Assembly: GCA_965649765.1 (NCBI GenBank)
Contig: OZ287750.1
Span: 88,970,001-89,034,000 of the forward strand
DNA length: 64,000 nt
Direction: 5' to 3'
From: Bispira polyomma
Taxonomy: Eukaryota
Shown here: positions 12,984 through 25,245 of the stretch, one piece after another
Position numbering within the stretch: the stretch's first letter is position 1
Layout: each line of letters opens with the position of its first letter
Notes under the pieces: generated by a model
Databases searched by the model: none
Told to the model about the DNA's origin: nothing
What the model saw: only the letters and a program-made list of their open reading frames with translations
Translations under genes and position numbers: made by a program

Positions 12984-13180
12984 TAACCCCTAAGTCAAAC
13001 TTTAAAACTTGTTAACCTTAAATTATAAACTCTTTAAGTTTGAATGTAAAAAATCTGGCAAATCTTCAAAATTAAACTCATTTGAGTTAAGGTGACCTTA
13101 TGCCCAAAATATTTTGCATTGTCTTACAACAGAATATAAACATTGCTAGTAGTAGATATTATATATAATAAAAATATTTA
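12984..13180 (+). repeat. ~200-bp direct repeat, copy 1 (copy 2 at 16180-16391)
   Basis: Shared gttaacct.aaattataaactctttaagtttgaa...tttgagttaaggtgaccttatg...cattgtcttacaac...cattgctagt.gtagatat...aaaatattta. Confidence 0.88.
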
Positions 13181-13393
13181 GGTTAGGTTATATTGGGACG
13201 GGTAGTTGGAAACGCTGGAGGAAACACTGCATACAGTTGATCAAGGTTCTGTACTGAAACCAGCGGCCCACAGTAAGGAACTACCGCCTTTCCCACATAG
13301 GCATCAACAGGATTCGAACTCACGCCGCCCAGAGGTGAGAGACCAGTGATTGTGAAGCGCAATGCTTGCTAACCACTAGGCCACCGCGGCCCC
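13181..13393 (-). mobile_element. tRNA-derived SINE family A, 3'-truncated copy
   Basis: Minus strand starts GGGGCCGCGGTGGCCTAGTGGTTAG (Pol III A box) and has GTTCGAATCC (B box). Near-identical copies at 45.4-45.7 kb and 60.75-61.02 kb. Confidence 0.92.
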
Positions 13394-13789
13394 ATAACTC
13401 GCTAAGTATCCATATAGCTAGTGAAGTATAATGATTGAAGTTTGAAAATAAAAGATACCAATTACAGAACCAAGTGGTTCAATTAAAAGTTTAAAGGAAG
13501 AGAGGTTAGGTGTGGGTGGGTGGGTGTCAATGCACTTTCCACCACCAACTTAAAATGCTAAAGTATGATTACATGTAACCATACACAGCCAAACACACAA
13601 CCTTGCTACCAACTATACACATAATAAGATTTGTGAGTTAAAGACAGTGGTTGAACTGGCCCCTGATTACTCATGACCTCCCTACACCAAGACACCTGAC
13701 CATACAAGGCCACACCAATCACCTGATGGTCAGACCATCCAAGCCATGCTTAAGCTACATACACATATTAAACACACTATTTTTAACAT

Positions 13790-14825
13790 TTATTAATATT
13801 ATAAATTTATTATAAATAACACGCTGTATTGATGCTAGGCATCTTCTAAAGCGCAATGGCAGAATCATTTATTCAATCGTAAAGTCCATGGCCATAGCAA
13901 AGTCGTAAGGAAAAAAGTTGGAGCATGTACTTGGGAAGCTAAGGTGGGTAGGCACCGTTAAAAAGATAGGTTTTAAGCTTTTTCCTAAAACTGATTAGTA
14001 TATCCACTGATCTGAGGTCAACTGGGAGTTTGTTCCATAACACGGGAGCTGCAAGGGAGAATGCTCTGGATCCCGCCTTTTTGATTGGTCTGACTGAAGA
14101 AACAGACCTCTCTTACGGTTACTGAAGGAGAGAAGGGAAGCAAGGTAGGAGGGCTGTTGAGTGACTACAGCCTTAAAAGTGGTAACATGAATCTTGAACA
14201 AAATACGAGAGCGAATGAGCAGCCAGTGTAGTTTTTTGAGGTAAGGAGTGACGTCTGTGCGACAACCCAGGCGAAAATAACCCTGCATAGATAGTTTTGA
14301 ATGGATTGGAGCTTTTTGGTGTGTGACTTGTATACTCCGAACAGGAGAGAGTTGCAGTAGTCAAGGCGGCTGCTAACAAGGACGCTATCGCTGTGTCCAT
14401 TGACAGGTGGTTTCGTATTCTTTTGATGTCGCGTATATGGTAATAGCAGGAGCAACAGATGTTAGTAATATGTGTGTCAAATGAAAAAGCTGAATCAAAA
14501 GTGACAACCAGGTTTTTTGGCATTTTCGGAAGGTAGTATGTCTTTTCCCAGAAGGGAGATGGAAAACAAAGATTTTAAGAATTCTTGTTTCCAATGAGAA
14601 TGAATTCCGTTTTGTCCAGGTTTGGTTTTAGTTTGAAGTAGTTCATCAGACAGTCTGCAAGTAGGTCAATACATGTGGTGTTTTATAATATGATTATTGA
14701 TGACAGTGCTGAGAGGATGTGTATAAAGGGTAGAGGCCCAAGGACGGATCCCTGAGGTGCTCCATATGGTAGGTTTATGGAAGAGGATAGGTGATCATCT
14801 AATTTAATTTTTTGTGCTCTATCCC
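13790..14825 (-). mobile_element. 5'-truncated L2-clade LINE (RT C-terminal part and 3' UTR)
   Basis: LPYGAPQGSVLGP, DKTEFILIG, SRLDYCNSLL, LKKLHWL and FRKKLKTYLF, frameshifted. Confidence 0.88.
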
Positions 14826-14945
14826 ATCCATCCTTACGACCTGGCTATATTTTTCATTTTTCTTTTGGCTGATTGATTCTGATGTTGCGCCTTAGAAGAT
14901 GCCTAGCATCAATAAGGCGCGTTAAAAATGTACAATACAATACAA
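14826..14945 (+). mobile_element. 3' terminus of the same L2 family in opposite orientation, with (TACAA)n tail
   Basis: ttgcgccttagaagatgcctagcatcaata matches the reverse complement of 13827-13856. It ends in tacaatacaatacaa. A similar tail lies at ~20030-20087. Confidence 0.8.
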
Positions 14946-16155
14946 AGTCTCTCCATCCAATGATACACTCCATAAGTGCTGTGGCTACTTTCAACTGGGA
15001 GTTGACCTTTATACTCTGGAGGGCGATATCTGTCTTAGATGACCAGTAAACATTTGTGGGGGAATACTTGAGTGTACATGTATGTACGTATTAACCCAAA
15101 TAGATTGTCTAGGTCGGCAAAGAGGTGAAGAAGGGTCCTAAGTTTATTCTTTAGCACCATCGCACGAAGTCTACCATCAAGAAAAGGTACTGAGGGCGAG
15201 TCACAGCAAATGGAGCTGTCAGCTTGCCAATCGTGTTTATGAGAGTTAACTCATTCATCGTCATGGACTGAGCTTTGATATATGGAAATATTTTGTTGGG
15301 AATGTTTTTCTCAGTGGCAACTTGGTATAGTGCATATTGAATGTGAGTTAGCAAAAGCCTCGTGCTTTATCAATTTTTGGCTCTTTCTCTTTGAACACAG
15401 CAACAAGGACTTCATCCTCAAGAGGAACAGAGTCAGTTTCCACTTTGTTTGTGACACCTTCCACTAAAAGTGACGTCATTGTAGAGATACCGAGGCACAA
15501 CTTTAGTCTCCAGTCGACTCCCTCAGGGAGGTCGTTTCTAATAAATTGCTTTATACTCTGTTGTTTCAAAGTTCTCGATAGTATAATTGCGGCCTGTCCC
15601 AACTGCCTTGTCGATTACTAGATCTGACCCCTCGACGAACATGTCAAAGTTCAACGTCTTTCCAAAAAGCAGGTTCTCAAAGTCTTTGGCTGACCAAACT
15701 GTGGAGCCTGGCTCATCCCATCTGTTTCTTTGCATAAAATCTAGGATATCCTGTCTCACAGGACCGGCCTTTTTAGTCTTAAGCCAAACTCGATGAACTC
15801 AATAATATTCCTTGAATACATAGCGGCCCATTGCAGACAATATAGAGGCAGCCTCAGGATCCACTTTTGTAGGCTTTTCCATGTATGTTATGAATGACTT
15901 ACAAGAGGTTCGAGAGTTGATCACTGGATAGCCCAAGGATTTCCAAAGCCCTGAGACCTCTAACCAGACATGGGCCTCCCAATTTGTGGCAACAGGGTTC
16001 AGCATGAACGCGCAGAGTTGAGACCACGTGAACTTACTTGCCTCCATCTCCATAGTAGAGACAAAAATGTTCTTTAACTCAACCTCTAGGTCTCTCAAAA
16101 TAACTGACGTGATGGCTGCAATGAGCTGACTAAAACATTTACACCAGTACATATT
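14946..16155 (-). pseudogene. Endogenous viral element: Mononegavirales L protein (RdRp) fragment, Nyamiviridae/Bornaviridae-like
   Basis: Consecutive L motifs across stops and frameshifts: SGLWKSLGYPVI; FGKTLNFDMF..SDLVIDKA; VFKEKEPKIDKARGF (premotif); LYQVATEKNI..KIFPYIKAQSMTM; VDFVRWC (motif A); DLDNLFGL..Y.YT..FP....I*DRYRPP...W-M-E (start of motif B). Confidence 0.9.
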
Positions 16156-16179
16156 GTACTCATGAATTTAAAGTTGGAC

Positions 16180-16391
16180 TTAACCCTTAAGTCTAACTTT
16201 AATATTGGTTAACCTAAAATTATAAACTCTTTAAGTTTGAACGACAACTTAAACATTTAGCCAATCTTCAAACTTAAACTCTTAAACTTATTTGAGTTAA
16301 GGTGACCTTATGTCACAAATATTTTACATTGTCTTACAACTGTATATAAACATTGCTAGTGGTAGATATCATATATATAATAAAATATTTA
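16180..16391 (+). repeat. ~200-bp direct repeat, copy 2
   Basis: Matches 12984-13180. Confidence 0.88.
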
Positions 16392-18024
16392 ACCGGATTG
16401 CTTGTCCTCTCTTGTTGGTTAAATGTATTCTGATCTGACCCTACACCGAGGAACTGTGTAAGCAAACGCACTAAGCATTCTCGGCCTTAGGTCTGGGGTA
16501 CCATTCTGATCAGTATTGGATGGATGGGTGAGTATATAACCCATTCCCCTTGGTGGGCTGCGTTCTCTTCAGATCTACGAGACATATGCTTGCGTGGTGT
16601 CCCCTTGTTACAACACAAATCTGGGTCCTGGCCGCTTTGTCTGCCTCTTTGTTAAGTGTTACCAGCTGATTGTTTATGAACAGTGATGGCAAACGATCAT
16701 GCCTGAGCTTGGTCCCTGTTTGTGTAGTGGTGTTGATATCTCTGGAGCCTCAGTATTGCTTTGGGCCTCGGTATCCCTTGGAGCCTCAGTATGTCTGGAT
16801 CTTGGATGATGTTTTCTCATGGAAAAGACCAAGACCTTATTGTATTGAATAGACTGTATGACTTAAAGACTATGCTACTCAAATTTCCCACCTAAGTGTT
16901 ATATCTAAGGTTAAGGGGTCATATTGCTCGACCATGTACGGTTTCTGGATAATTTTAGCTAGTAGGGAAATTGAGAACTTAAAACTCTGGGCTTCAGGAT
17001 GGCCGTCATAGTTACACAAGACGAATTAGTACCTGGGCTGAAGGCTGAATGTAATAAAAAGGCTGTACATATAAAAGTTTCTTTTAATTATGGTGCATTA
17101 TAGGCTTATATAGAAAGTACTAACGTCAGTCGTATTGATTTCTTTTCATAAGTGCAAAGAGTCTTATTCAGAAGGGAAACCAACCACTGATGAATTTTAT
17201 TTTACAGTATTCATAATGTTTTTTCAAAATTTTACAAATTAATACAATATAAGTTATTATGTACGTACCATGGTTATTGTATAAATCTTGTTATGAATAT
17301 ATACATTTACACGAATGGAGCTCGCATGCCACTACTGACGGGTTTGAGCCAAAGGGCATATACCCCACAACATCCAATAAATTGCAATTTCAAGTGCAAA
17401 AAGACAATCTTCATGCCACATTTATTTTACCCATATGGTAACTGTATTGGCAGCAGTTACAAGCAGCAGTTACAATTACATTATGATACTGTATATTATG
17501 ATATTTGAGATTATTTCAATATAATTATATACATATAAAATCTAACAGAGATATATATCACATAGGTCATTGATAATTAAACTGATAAAGCTATTAGTGG
17601 TTAAAATGTAAGTTCATCACAAATGTAATGTAATTGTAACAGGAATTTGGTAGAACTTGTTATTGCCATTGACCATTTTTATTAAAAAGTATTACACATT
17701 TCAAGTTTTACCAGGTATTTGTGTATTTAATTTTACTGGGTGAGCTGAAGAAGTGAAAACGGCTGAAACAAACTGAAATTGTTCGTGTGTAAATATAATT
17801 TTTTTTTTTATTTTATAATGTATGTGCAAAAAAGAACATGTTTTACAAATATAATTTCAATGACATGATATATAATACATTATATTGGTTCCTGTTCATC
17901 ATTTCTGATTACCATACAAACACAGATGCCATTGAAAGTACAAATTGAGCAGCTAGGCTGGATTATGGACATTATCAATGTTAATTAACCCATTTTCAGC
18001 CAAAATGTTATATTATGTTGTAAT

Positions 18025-18830
18025 GGACCATATTTAAAAATAGTCTTAGTCTTAACTTAGTCTTTAGCCAAAGATTTTTATTTTGGCCAAAAGGTTAACA
18101 TTTTGGTTATAGTCAAAGTTAGAGTAAGAAAACATATTTGGTCATGCCGTGGTCATACTGGCCTTACTTTTCGATTTCGAACAAAAAATGTCTAAAAATA
18201 GCACACGTAAGTGAAACGTAAGCATTTGCAACGTAGTGTGAACGTAGTGTACTTAAGTAAACATAAGCATGCGTGAGTAAAATGGTCCCTTAATGTAAAA
18301 ATTTCTAGCTGCACAAAATTTAGGCTCATTTGGGGCATTTTCGCTGATCTCAACTAAAACGGTTGTTGCGTTCACGGGTAACGTATGACACGTCTTCAAT
18401 GTGTATATTACTCAAAGTACGGCAGTAAGTTGTACTGTACAACCAAATAATATTCAAAATGAGGAGACAAGATCGAAACGTGTTTAGAAACGTGGCTAAC
18501 ATTTCAAAACGTGGCTAGCGATTCAAACATAATTAAAACGGCTATTAAAATGTGTTAAATGCATGTACAAATGTGTACATAACGTGTACAAAATGGCCCA
18601 TACATTAATTTTTTGTTATGTTTTCCAGAAGTTTTACTTCATTTATTTTTGTTTGCTTACGTTTAAAGCAAAGCAAACATAAACATGAACGTCCTCAGTG
18701 TGACCACGGCATTAGTGTTAACTTTGGACTTAACCCTAAGACTAACACTCAGAAGTCTTAAATATTTTAGACATAAATGTTAAGCTTCCAATTAAGTTAA
18801 GAATAAGACATTTTGTGAATACGTCCCCAG
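18025..18830. mobile_element. MITE family B (GTATTCACAAA-type termini), interrupted by a nested MITE
   Basis: Right end ttttgtgaatacgtcccc and a degenerate left end, with internal cttagtcttaac repeats. Relatives at 38259-38405 and 61374-61484. Confidence 0.55.
18144..18712. mobile_element. MITE related to family A
   Basis: TIRs atgccgtggtcatactg / cagtgtgaccacggcat, interior rich in aacgt repeats. Confidence 0.75.
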
Positions 18831-21800
18831 GTTTGTATTTGGAAATACTTTATTAGTATGGACAGCAGAGTATTTGTCAGATTCATCACTGACAAAGTAA
18901 TTTCTATTGTTTTCATCATTTTGTACATAAAGTTTGAAACAGATTATTAAACACTAAATTCTGGCTGCAGACTGGACCAGTGGGTAACACACTCGAGTAG
19001 AAACGCAGAAAACCTAGGTTTGATCCTATACATTGAGTCCTACCCCAAGGGGTAGACTGAAATATCTTGGGGATGTTGATAAATGGCAATCCATAATTCT
19101 TAAGGGCAGCATTCATAAAAGGGCTAAATCTAGAAGTTTGTGGGAATACCGCTCCTCGTCATTAGTTCAGGGAATGATAGTTACTTGTGCTAATTAGCTG
19201 CTGTACTTGTACAGCAAAGGAAACATTATTTAGTACTTTGAATATTATTACAAATCAGGCAACTCTGCATTTAAAACTAAGCTGGAGTAAAGATACCAGC
19301 AAACTTATTTTTTTACCTTTGTTAACTGAATGAGTCTTTTTTTATCTCTCTCAAAATCCCATATACCTAGCTTTCATCAAGACACCCATTTCTCCTATTT
19401 CAGTGCAGGATCTCTTATTGTGTTATACCTCAAGAATGACAAAGTATGCTCAGCACACAGCATAAGCAGACTAAAAGAGAAACATTGTCTGTGTTTATAA
19501 CAGAACTGTGGACATATTAGTGCAATGTCTTTCTTTAAAGCACAGTCTTGTTATGTCGGCCAGAAAAATTAGAAAAAATCAAATCAAGTAAATTGTTATG
19601 CAGACCTTCAGAAACTAAGTGCCTTTGTAACAGCAAATTATGTTTCCTCTGTTGTTTTTCCATTTTTTTCTCCTTTATCAAAGTGGTATTTTGTGCAGTG
19701 TGTGACATACATAACATGAAGGCGATATTTAATAGCAACTGGTGTGCCTCAAATGGGTTTGTTAAAAACTAGGGATTACATTTGACCATACTGATTATTA
19801 ATGTTAAAGATAACTTTGTTAAAAAATATGATCACCATAAAAGCCTTTTTTTTTATATAATAACTGTTAAATCTTGTATAATATTAACATAATGAACAAT
19901 TGAGATAAATAATCGTCATCTTAAAAGTCTTCAGTTTAAGAAATATTCCTGTATGTACACCTCCACATCCTTCCTTATGACTTTGTTTTTTGTTTTGTTT
20001 TTTTACTCTAGATCTGTTAATTGATTCTGTTGTTGCACTTTACAAGATGCCTCGCATCAATAAGGCACGTTAAAAATACAATACAAAATGTTAAATATAG
20101 TCTTACTTCATTATGTCAATAAAAGATATAATACCTTTCACCCCTGTCACACCCATGTTAAAATAATATGAATTATTAAACCATTTTGTCGCTAAATTAA
20201 ATTATCTATGTCCCAACAAACTATGCCCTAATGTGGGTAGGTTTAGTCTATGTGTCCGTGTGTGCAACTTGCTGATGCAGTAATTTACGAAATGCTTGTA
20301 CCATTTTAATAAGTACAATTTTAACAATTAGTACACCAATTAAGGTTATGTATTCCATGGAAACACTTTGTTGTTTTTTATGACAAATTTTAGACTTTGC
20401 AAGCCTAGCCAAAAGTCAAACAGCACTTACACAAAGCTACAACTAAGAAAGGTCAATGCTATTTTTGGTAAATCTCCTGTTTATTGAATGCGAGGCAACT
20501 CTAAAGTCTGGCAGAAACATGTCTTTCTCTATGAGATGACAAATGGCCTTAATGTTGCCATTGTGACCTGTTATTTTGATGTTATTGGAAATTGTAAATG
20601 ATGCAAACTTTTTGTTTTTAGTTAGATTATAAGTGAAAATCTCAAAATTTTCTAAAAGAACACTGTTTCTTTTTCCACCATCTGCTGGTCGTGCACCTAA
20701 GCTGTAGAAAGTGAGGTAAACCTAACTGTATTCAAATTCTACAAGATTTTATAAAATTGACTGTATCATTCTAATAGAGAGAAGTAACTATCCCACTGAA
20801 TATATGTTTATGTGTAGATATTAACCCATGATATATTAACAAGTAACTATGAAAGACTTTTCAGCAAACAAAGTAACTAGTACATATATATTATTGTGGG
20901 CATTTGTTTGTAAAAGTGAGGATTAGTGATTATAAGTGTCCGTTCATGGTATGTTAGTGATGCATTCGTGACTATAAGTGTACTTTCATTCCATATTAGT
21001 AAAGTCTCCTTGACGTGTTACTGTCAGAAATTAACAGAAATATGACTTAAAAATCTGGATAATAAATGTGACATCGGAGGGAAATCCACAGATGGATCAG
21101 TCACTTTCATTTTTGACCACATTCATTCGTTCATGAATAGCCACGTAGGTACATGCAAATGAGACCAGGTCATTAGAATCTGTTACTTGGCTGCACAAGT
21201 AAGTGATCTGGGCCATATTATATTTGTATTTGCTTTTATGTTAAAATTTTACAACTCTGAATGGGTTTATTGAAATTGGTGTGACCCATTTTAAGAGTAT
21301 ACAGTCTTGTACACCAGAGTCACCTGAGATGGTATTTTGAAGAACATTTTTCTTGTGATTCTGGTAAGTCAAAGCTGGTATTTTCAAAAGAAAATTCATA
21401 CCCGAGTATAGGCTTTTTGGAACTCCTTGTACAAGGAAATAGGCCATATTTGTAATTATTTAAATGAATGGAGCTTTCAACATCGAATTCAAATATACAG
21501 TCAGACATTAGATGTTTTTGCTGTATAGGGTTATAGAGAATCCAGCTTTACACTTTCGAGAATATGAACCCTAGCGTTTTTAAAAACAAAAAACGTGTCA
21601 GATACTAAAGATTTTTTTCAAAAATATTATTACTAATTACACAGCACTGAAACAACAAAGGCTTCAAGTTTTTCTGAATTTAATTAAAGTGCACCATTTA
21701 AGACACAAAGTCCTCTTTCAGGTGAAAGTTTTTTTATTTCATAGGTTGTGTGGTATTTAGGGGTACCTAACACCTTTACTAAATGCATATTAAGAGCATG

Positions 21801-24800
21801 TGCTGTTTAGTGACATACCTATGTATACGTATAATACAAATGCTTTATCACCACTACTTTATCGCACAACATATCAACTACAAGAGCACTCAGTAGAGTG
21901 CCTACCTCTGGCAAGGCACCAGTGTGCTAAAATAGTGTAAACAAATTTCTTGATCCGCCGTTCTTCCGACATTCCACCACCAAATTTTATGTAACTTGGT
22001 TAAACACTATGTGCACTCCTGGTAACAAACAAATTGAGACGGGTGATAATAGAGCATGCTTGCTGGTATTGTGTCACGTTAAAATTTAGCTATAATTGAA
22101 TGTCACAATTTTTAAATGCATGTTACACTGCCACTTAAAAGATAATTTAATTTAAATATTTTGGGAAAATTGGAGCCTTGAAAATTTTGTTTGAATCATT
22201 TCTATCATTTGAAATCAGTCATTTGAAATGCTCAGATTACATCAAATTTTATCAAAGTTCAAGAATTTCTTGAGTACAATTTCAATAGATTTGTGTTATG
22301 TGGCTTCACATTCTATAAAAGATTGACTTCGCTGAAATCTGTCCTATAATTGAAATGGGACGTCACGAGTGCAAAAAAAGAAACAGACTCGATTATTTGC
22401 CATTACTTATTCGCAACGGCTCCAAAAAGTCGTTAAATATTTTGAAATGTTTTCCAATCGCCACCAAATAGCTGGCTAGTCTTGACTGTCCTATAATTGG
22501 AGTGGGTTACAAAATTTTTCTTTACACTCAAAAATTGAAGCATTTTGGAAAATGGAGTTTGACAAATTATAAGAAATATGCTCTACATTACAATATATGC
22601 CAGTCGTGTATACTGACTGATGGACTAAATCAGTCAACCACTCTGACACCCATGTATTTATTGTCCCACTCAGTTACTGAGAAAATCACGGTTATCCAAT
22701 CAGTCATTCACTGAGCGGCTCATCACTCACTCAGCGACTCACTCAATACTCTATTTCAATATTTTGAACACTTACAGTTTAGATATTTTGTAGGGCTTCA
22801 ACGTCCCTGAAAGCTACTTTCATAAATGCTGTATCTTGTTCCCTGTCTCAGAATAAATAGTCTTACCTGCCGTATAATGTGGGCCAAATTGTTTACAAAA
22901 AGCTCAGTTGAACACAATAGAGACATGTGTTCTGTTATTGACCAAGCTGGTATTCACAGACTTTTTATTTTTCAAACAATCTGATTGAATGTTTGTTCAT
23001 ACAGCCCCTGGAGACTTTTATATGACAATGAGTACAAGTCAGCCTACTACTGAAATACTTCATCACAGTAATTGGAAAAGAAGACAAACTTTATGATAGA
23101 AATGTGAGCCTTTTATACACAAAGATCCTGCTGAAAAACTAAGGGATACATACGGCTTAAATTTTGTGGAATAAACTTATTCTGATATATATATATATAT
23201 TGTTAAAAATTGTTTGTTATCCCAAGTAAAGAAGTTTATTATAATATTCTAGGAACAGTTTTAAAAGGTAAAGGCTTTGATTAAAAAATTAAAAAAAACT
23301 AATTTAATAACACTTTAAATTTCTACATTTTAAATTGTGCAGATGTGTACATTGTGTAGACATTGTGGATTCTACAAGAGATAGGTTGTAAAGAATGATA
23401 TATATCCTGTACTTCTTTGTAATGTGACAACTTCTATTGCTTCAAATACAAGGTGTTACGATGGCAAACTATTTGGTGGCTGTTTCATTTGTAATAATCC
23501 AAAGGTCAACTAACAGGAAGTGATAGCTGCCCTAACCTGGACTTGAACATTGCTGCTTTGACAGGCCATCAACATGCCATGTCAAATTTCCACCCATTGT
23601 GTAAAGTTGACAGGCAATTGACATGACGAAAAACTTTCCTTTTTACATTAAATTCCTTTCAATCAAGACACTGGAAGGGCAACATTTTACAAGAGTGATA
23701 TTTTTTATACCGAAAAAACAGACTATATTAAATTACACTGAATCTTAGAAAAACAATCTTAGAAAAACATTTAAATGGTTTCAAATATTTTTGTTAAAAA
23801 CTTGAATATATATATATTATAACCTTGTGAGCAAATGTAAGTAAGTTGATGATAGCACCTTGTCACAGATATGTTCTACTGTTTCTAGAAGACTGACATA
23901 GACCCAAACATACTTATATTACCCCCAGCAATGAAATGCTTCTACCTTATGTATTATACCCCGTTCCTCCTATGTTTCTTTATACTGTCACGAATAGCAT
24001 TTTTTTCCATTGAAACAAATGTAATTAATGACATTTTAAAGAGATGTAAGTCATGACATTATAAAGGGCCATAGGAGGAATCTAATTGATATGTCATCTT
24101 AAATTTTAATAAAATAAAATAATTATGATATTCTGTATTGTCATTATGGATTCACAGTCTACTGAAAAAAAATTAAGCCGTATATTAAGGTAAACTGAAT
24201 ATTATTTAACGACAATAATTGTTTAGTCTAATTAATTAATATAGTTAACATTTATTATCAATAATATGAAGTACAAAAGAGCAAAATATATTAAATACAA
24301 CTTTATATAATTTGGGGGTTAAAACCCAGAGTTCAAAAAGATGTTTGTGAAGTTTGCTCCAAAATCATTTTTAAAAGCATATTGCTGATTCCAGCATCAA
24401 TGTTTCTTTAATAAACAATAAAGTGCATATTTGGCTACGTGCATCGGTTTCTTTGTCACCACAATTGTACACAAACTACTGAACAGATGTATATATAATT
24501 TGGTGCGGGGATGGAGGATGGGCTGAAACACAACTGCCTCCATGGAAAAGGGCATTATATACCCGACAACATTCAAAAAGGACAACAATCATCATGCCTG
24601 ACTTATTTTATCCATATGGTAACTAAATATATTTATATATGTTAGCAGCAGTGGCCATGTAGAATTACATCGTGTTTTAGATTATAATCAAACCTAAACA
24701 CAGCACACAGAGATATTTGAGATGATTTCAATATATATAAATATATTTAAGATGACCGAGGTCATTCATAATTAAAGCGTAAAAAGCTATTAGTTTTTAA

Positions 24801-25031
24801 AAGTGCAAGTTCATCACAGTCTGTTGACTTTGGTACACATTTACAACACATAAAATTTTGTGACACGTTTTTAAGATAATACTTTCTAACTTTACACTTG
24901 TCAAATATTTAATTATGTAATTTCATTGTTACACACCATATTGTTTCTTAAAACACTATCCTATTAGTAATGACAACCAATGGTTTGAAAGATAGAGGAA
25001 AAACTAGGACCAAATACCTTGTAATACATGT

Positions 25032-25245
25032 TGGGGCCACGGTGGCCTAGTGGTTAGAAGTACTTGCCAATAATCTCACCAATGTATGTTTGAATGCTGT
25101 TTGTTCCTTCATGTGAGAAAGTTGGTTAGGTACGTGCTATAGGTGGGTGGTTTAAAAAGCTTTAGCACTGGTTTCTTCCACCATTAAATCAGGTCATGTG
25201 GTATGACCTGAGCCATTAAAGCAACCTAACACCCAAATAAATTAA
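25032..25245 (+). mobile_element. tRNA-derived SINE family B (MetaSINE-like core)
   Basis: GGGGCCACGGTGGCCTAGTGGTTAG head and atgtgagaaagttggttag...ggtggttt...ggtttcttccaccattaaa core. A 3' half copy lies at ~31840-31955. Confidence 0.75.

Larger units (their letters stand above)
9360..20545 (+). repeat. Host segmental tandem duplication, unit 1 (paralogous to ~20870-30920)
   Basis: Five collinear homology blocks: 9360-9640/20870-21175, 12630-12982/23215-23578, 17350-17690/24547-24830 plus 25330-25400, 19130-19790/25440-26190, 20340-20545/30690-30920. Confidence 0.8.

Noticed and set aside
13300-13393. tRNA gene
   Set aside because: It has A and B boxes but no complete cloverleaf and continues into a shared SINE body present three times. 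It is a SINE head.
21880-22040. Fragment resembling a non-autonomous DNA element (acaagagcactcagtagagtgc...), with similar pieces near 35400-35470 and 40310-40380
   Set aside because: Too short and diverged to assign ends or family from sequence alone.
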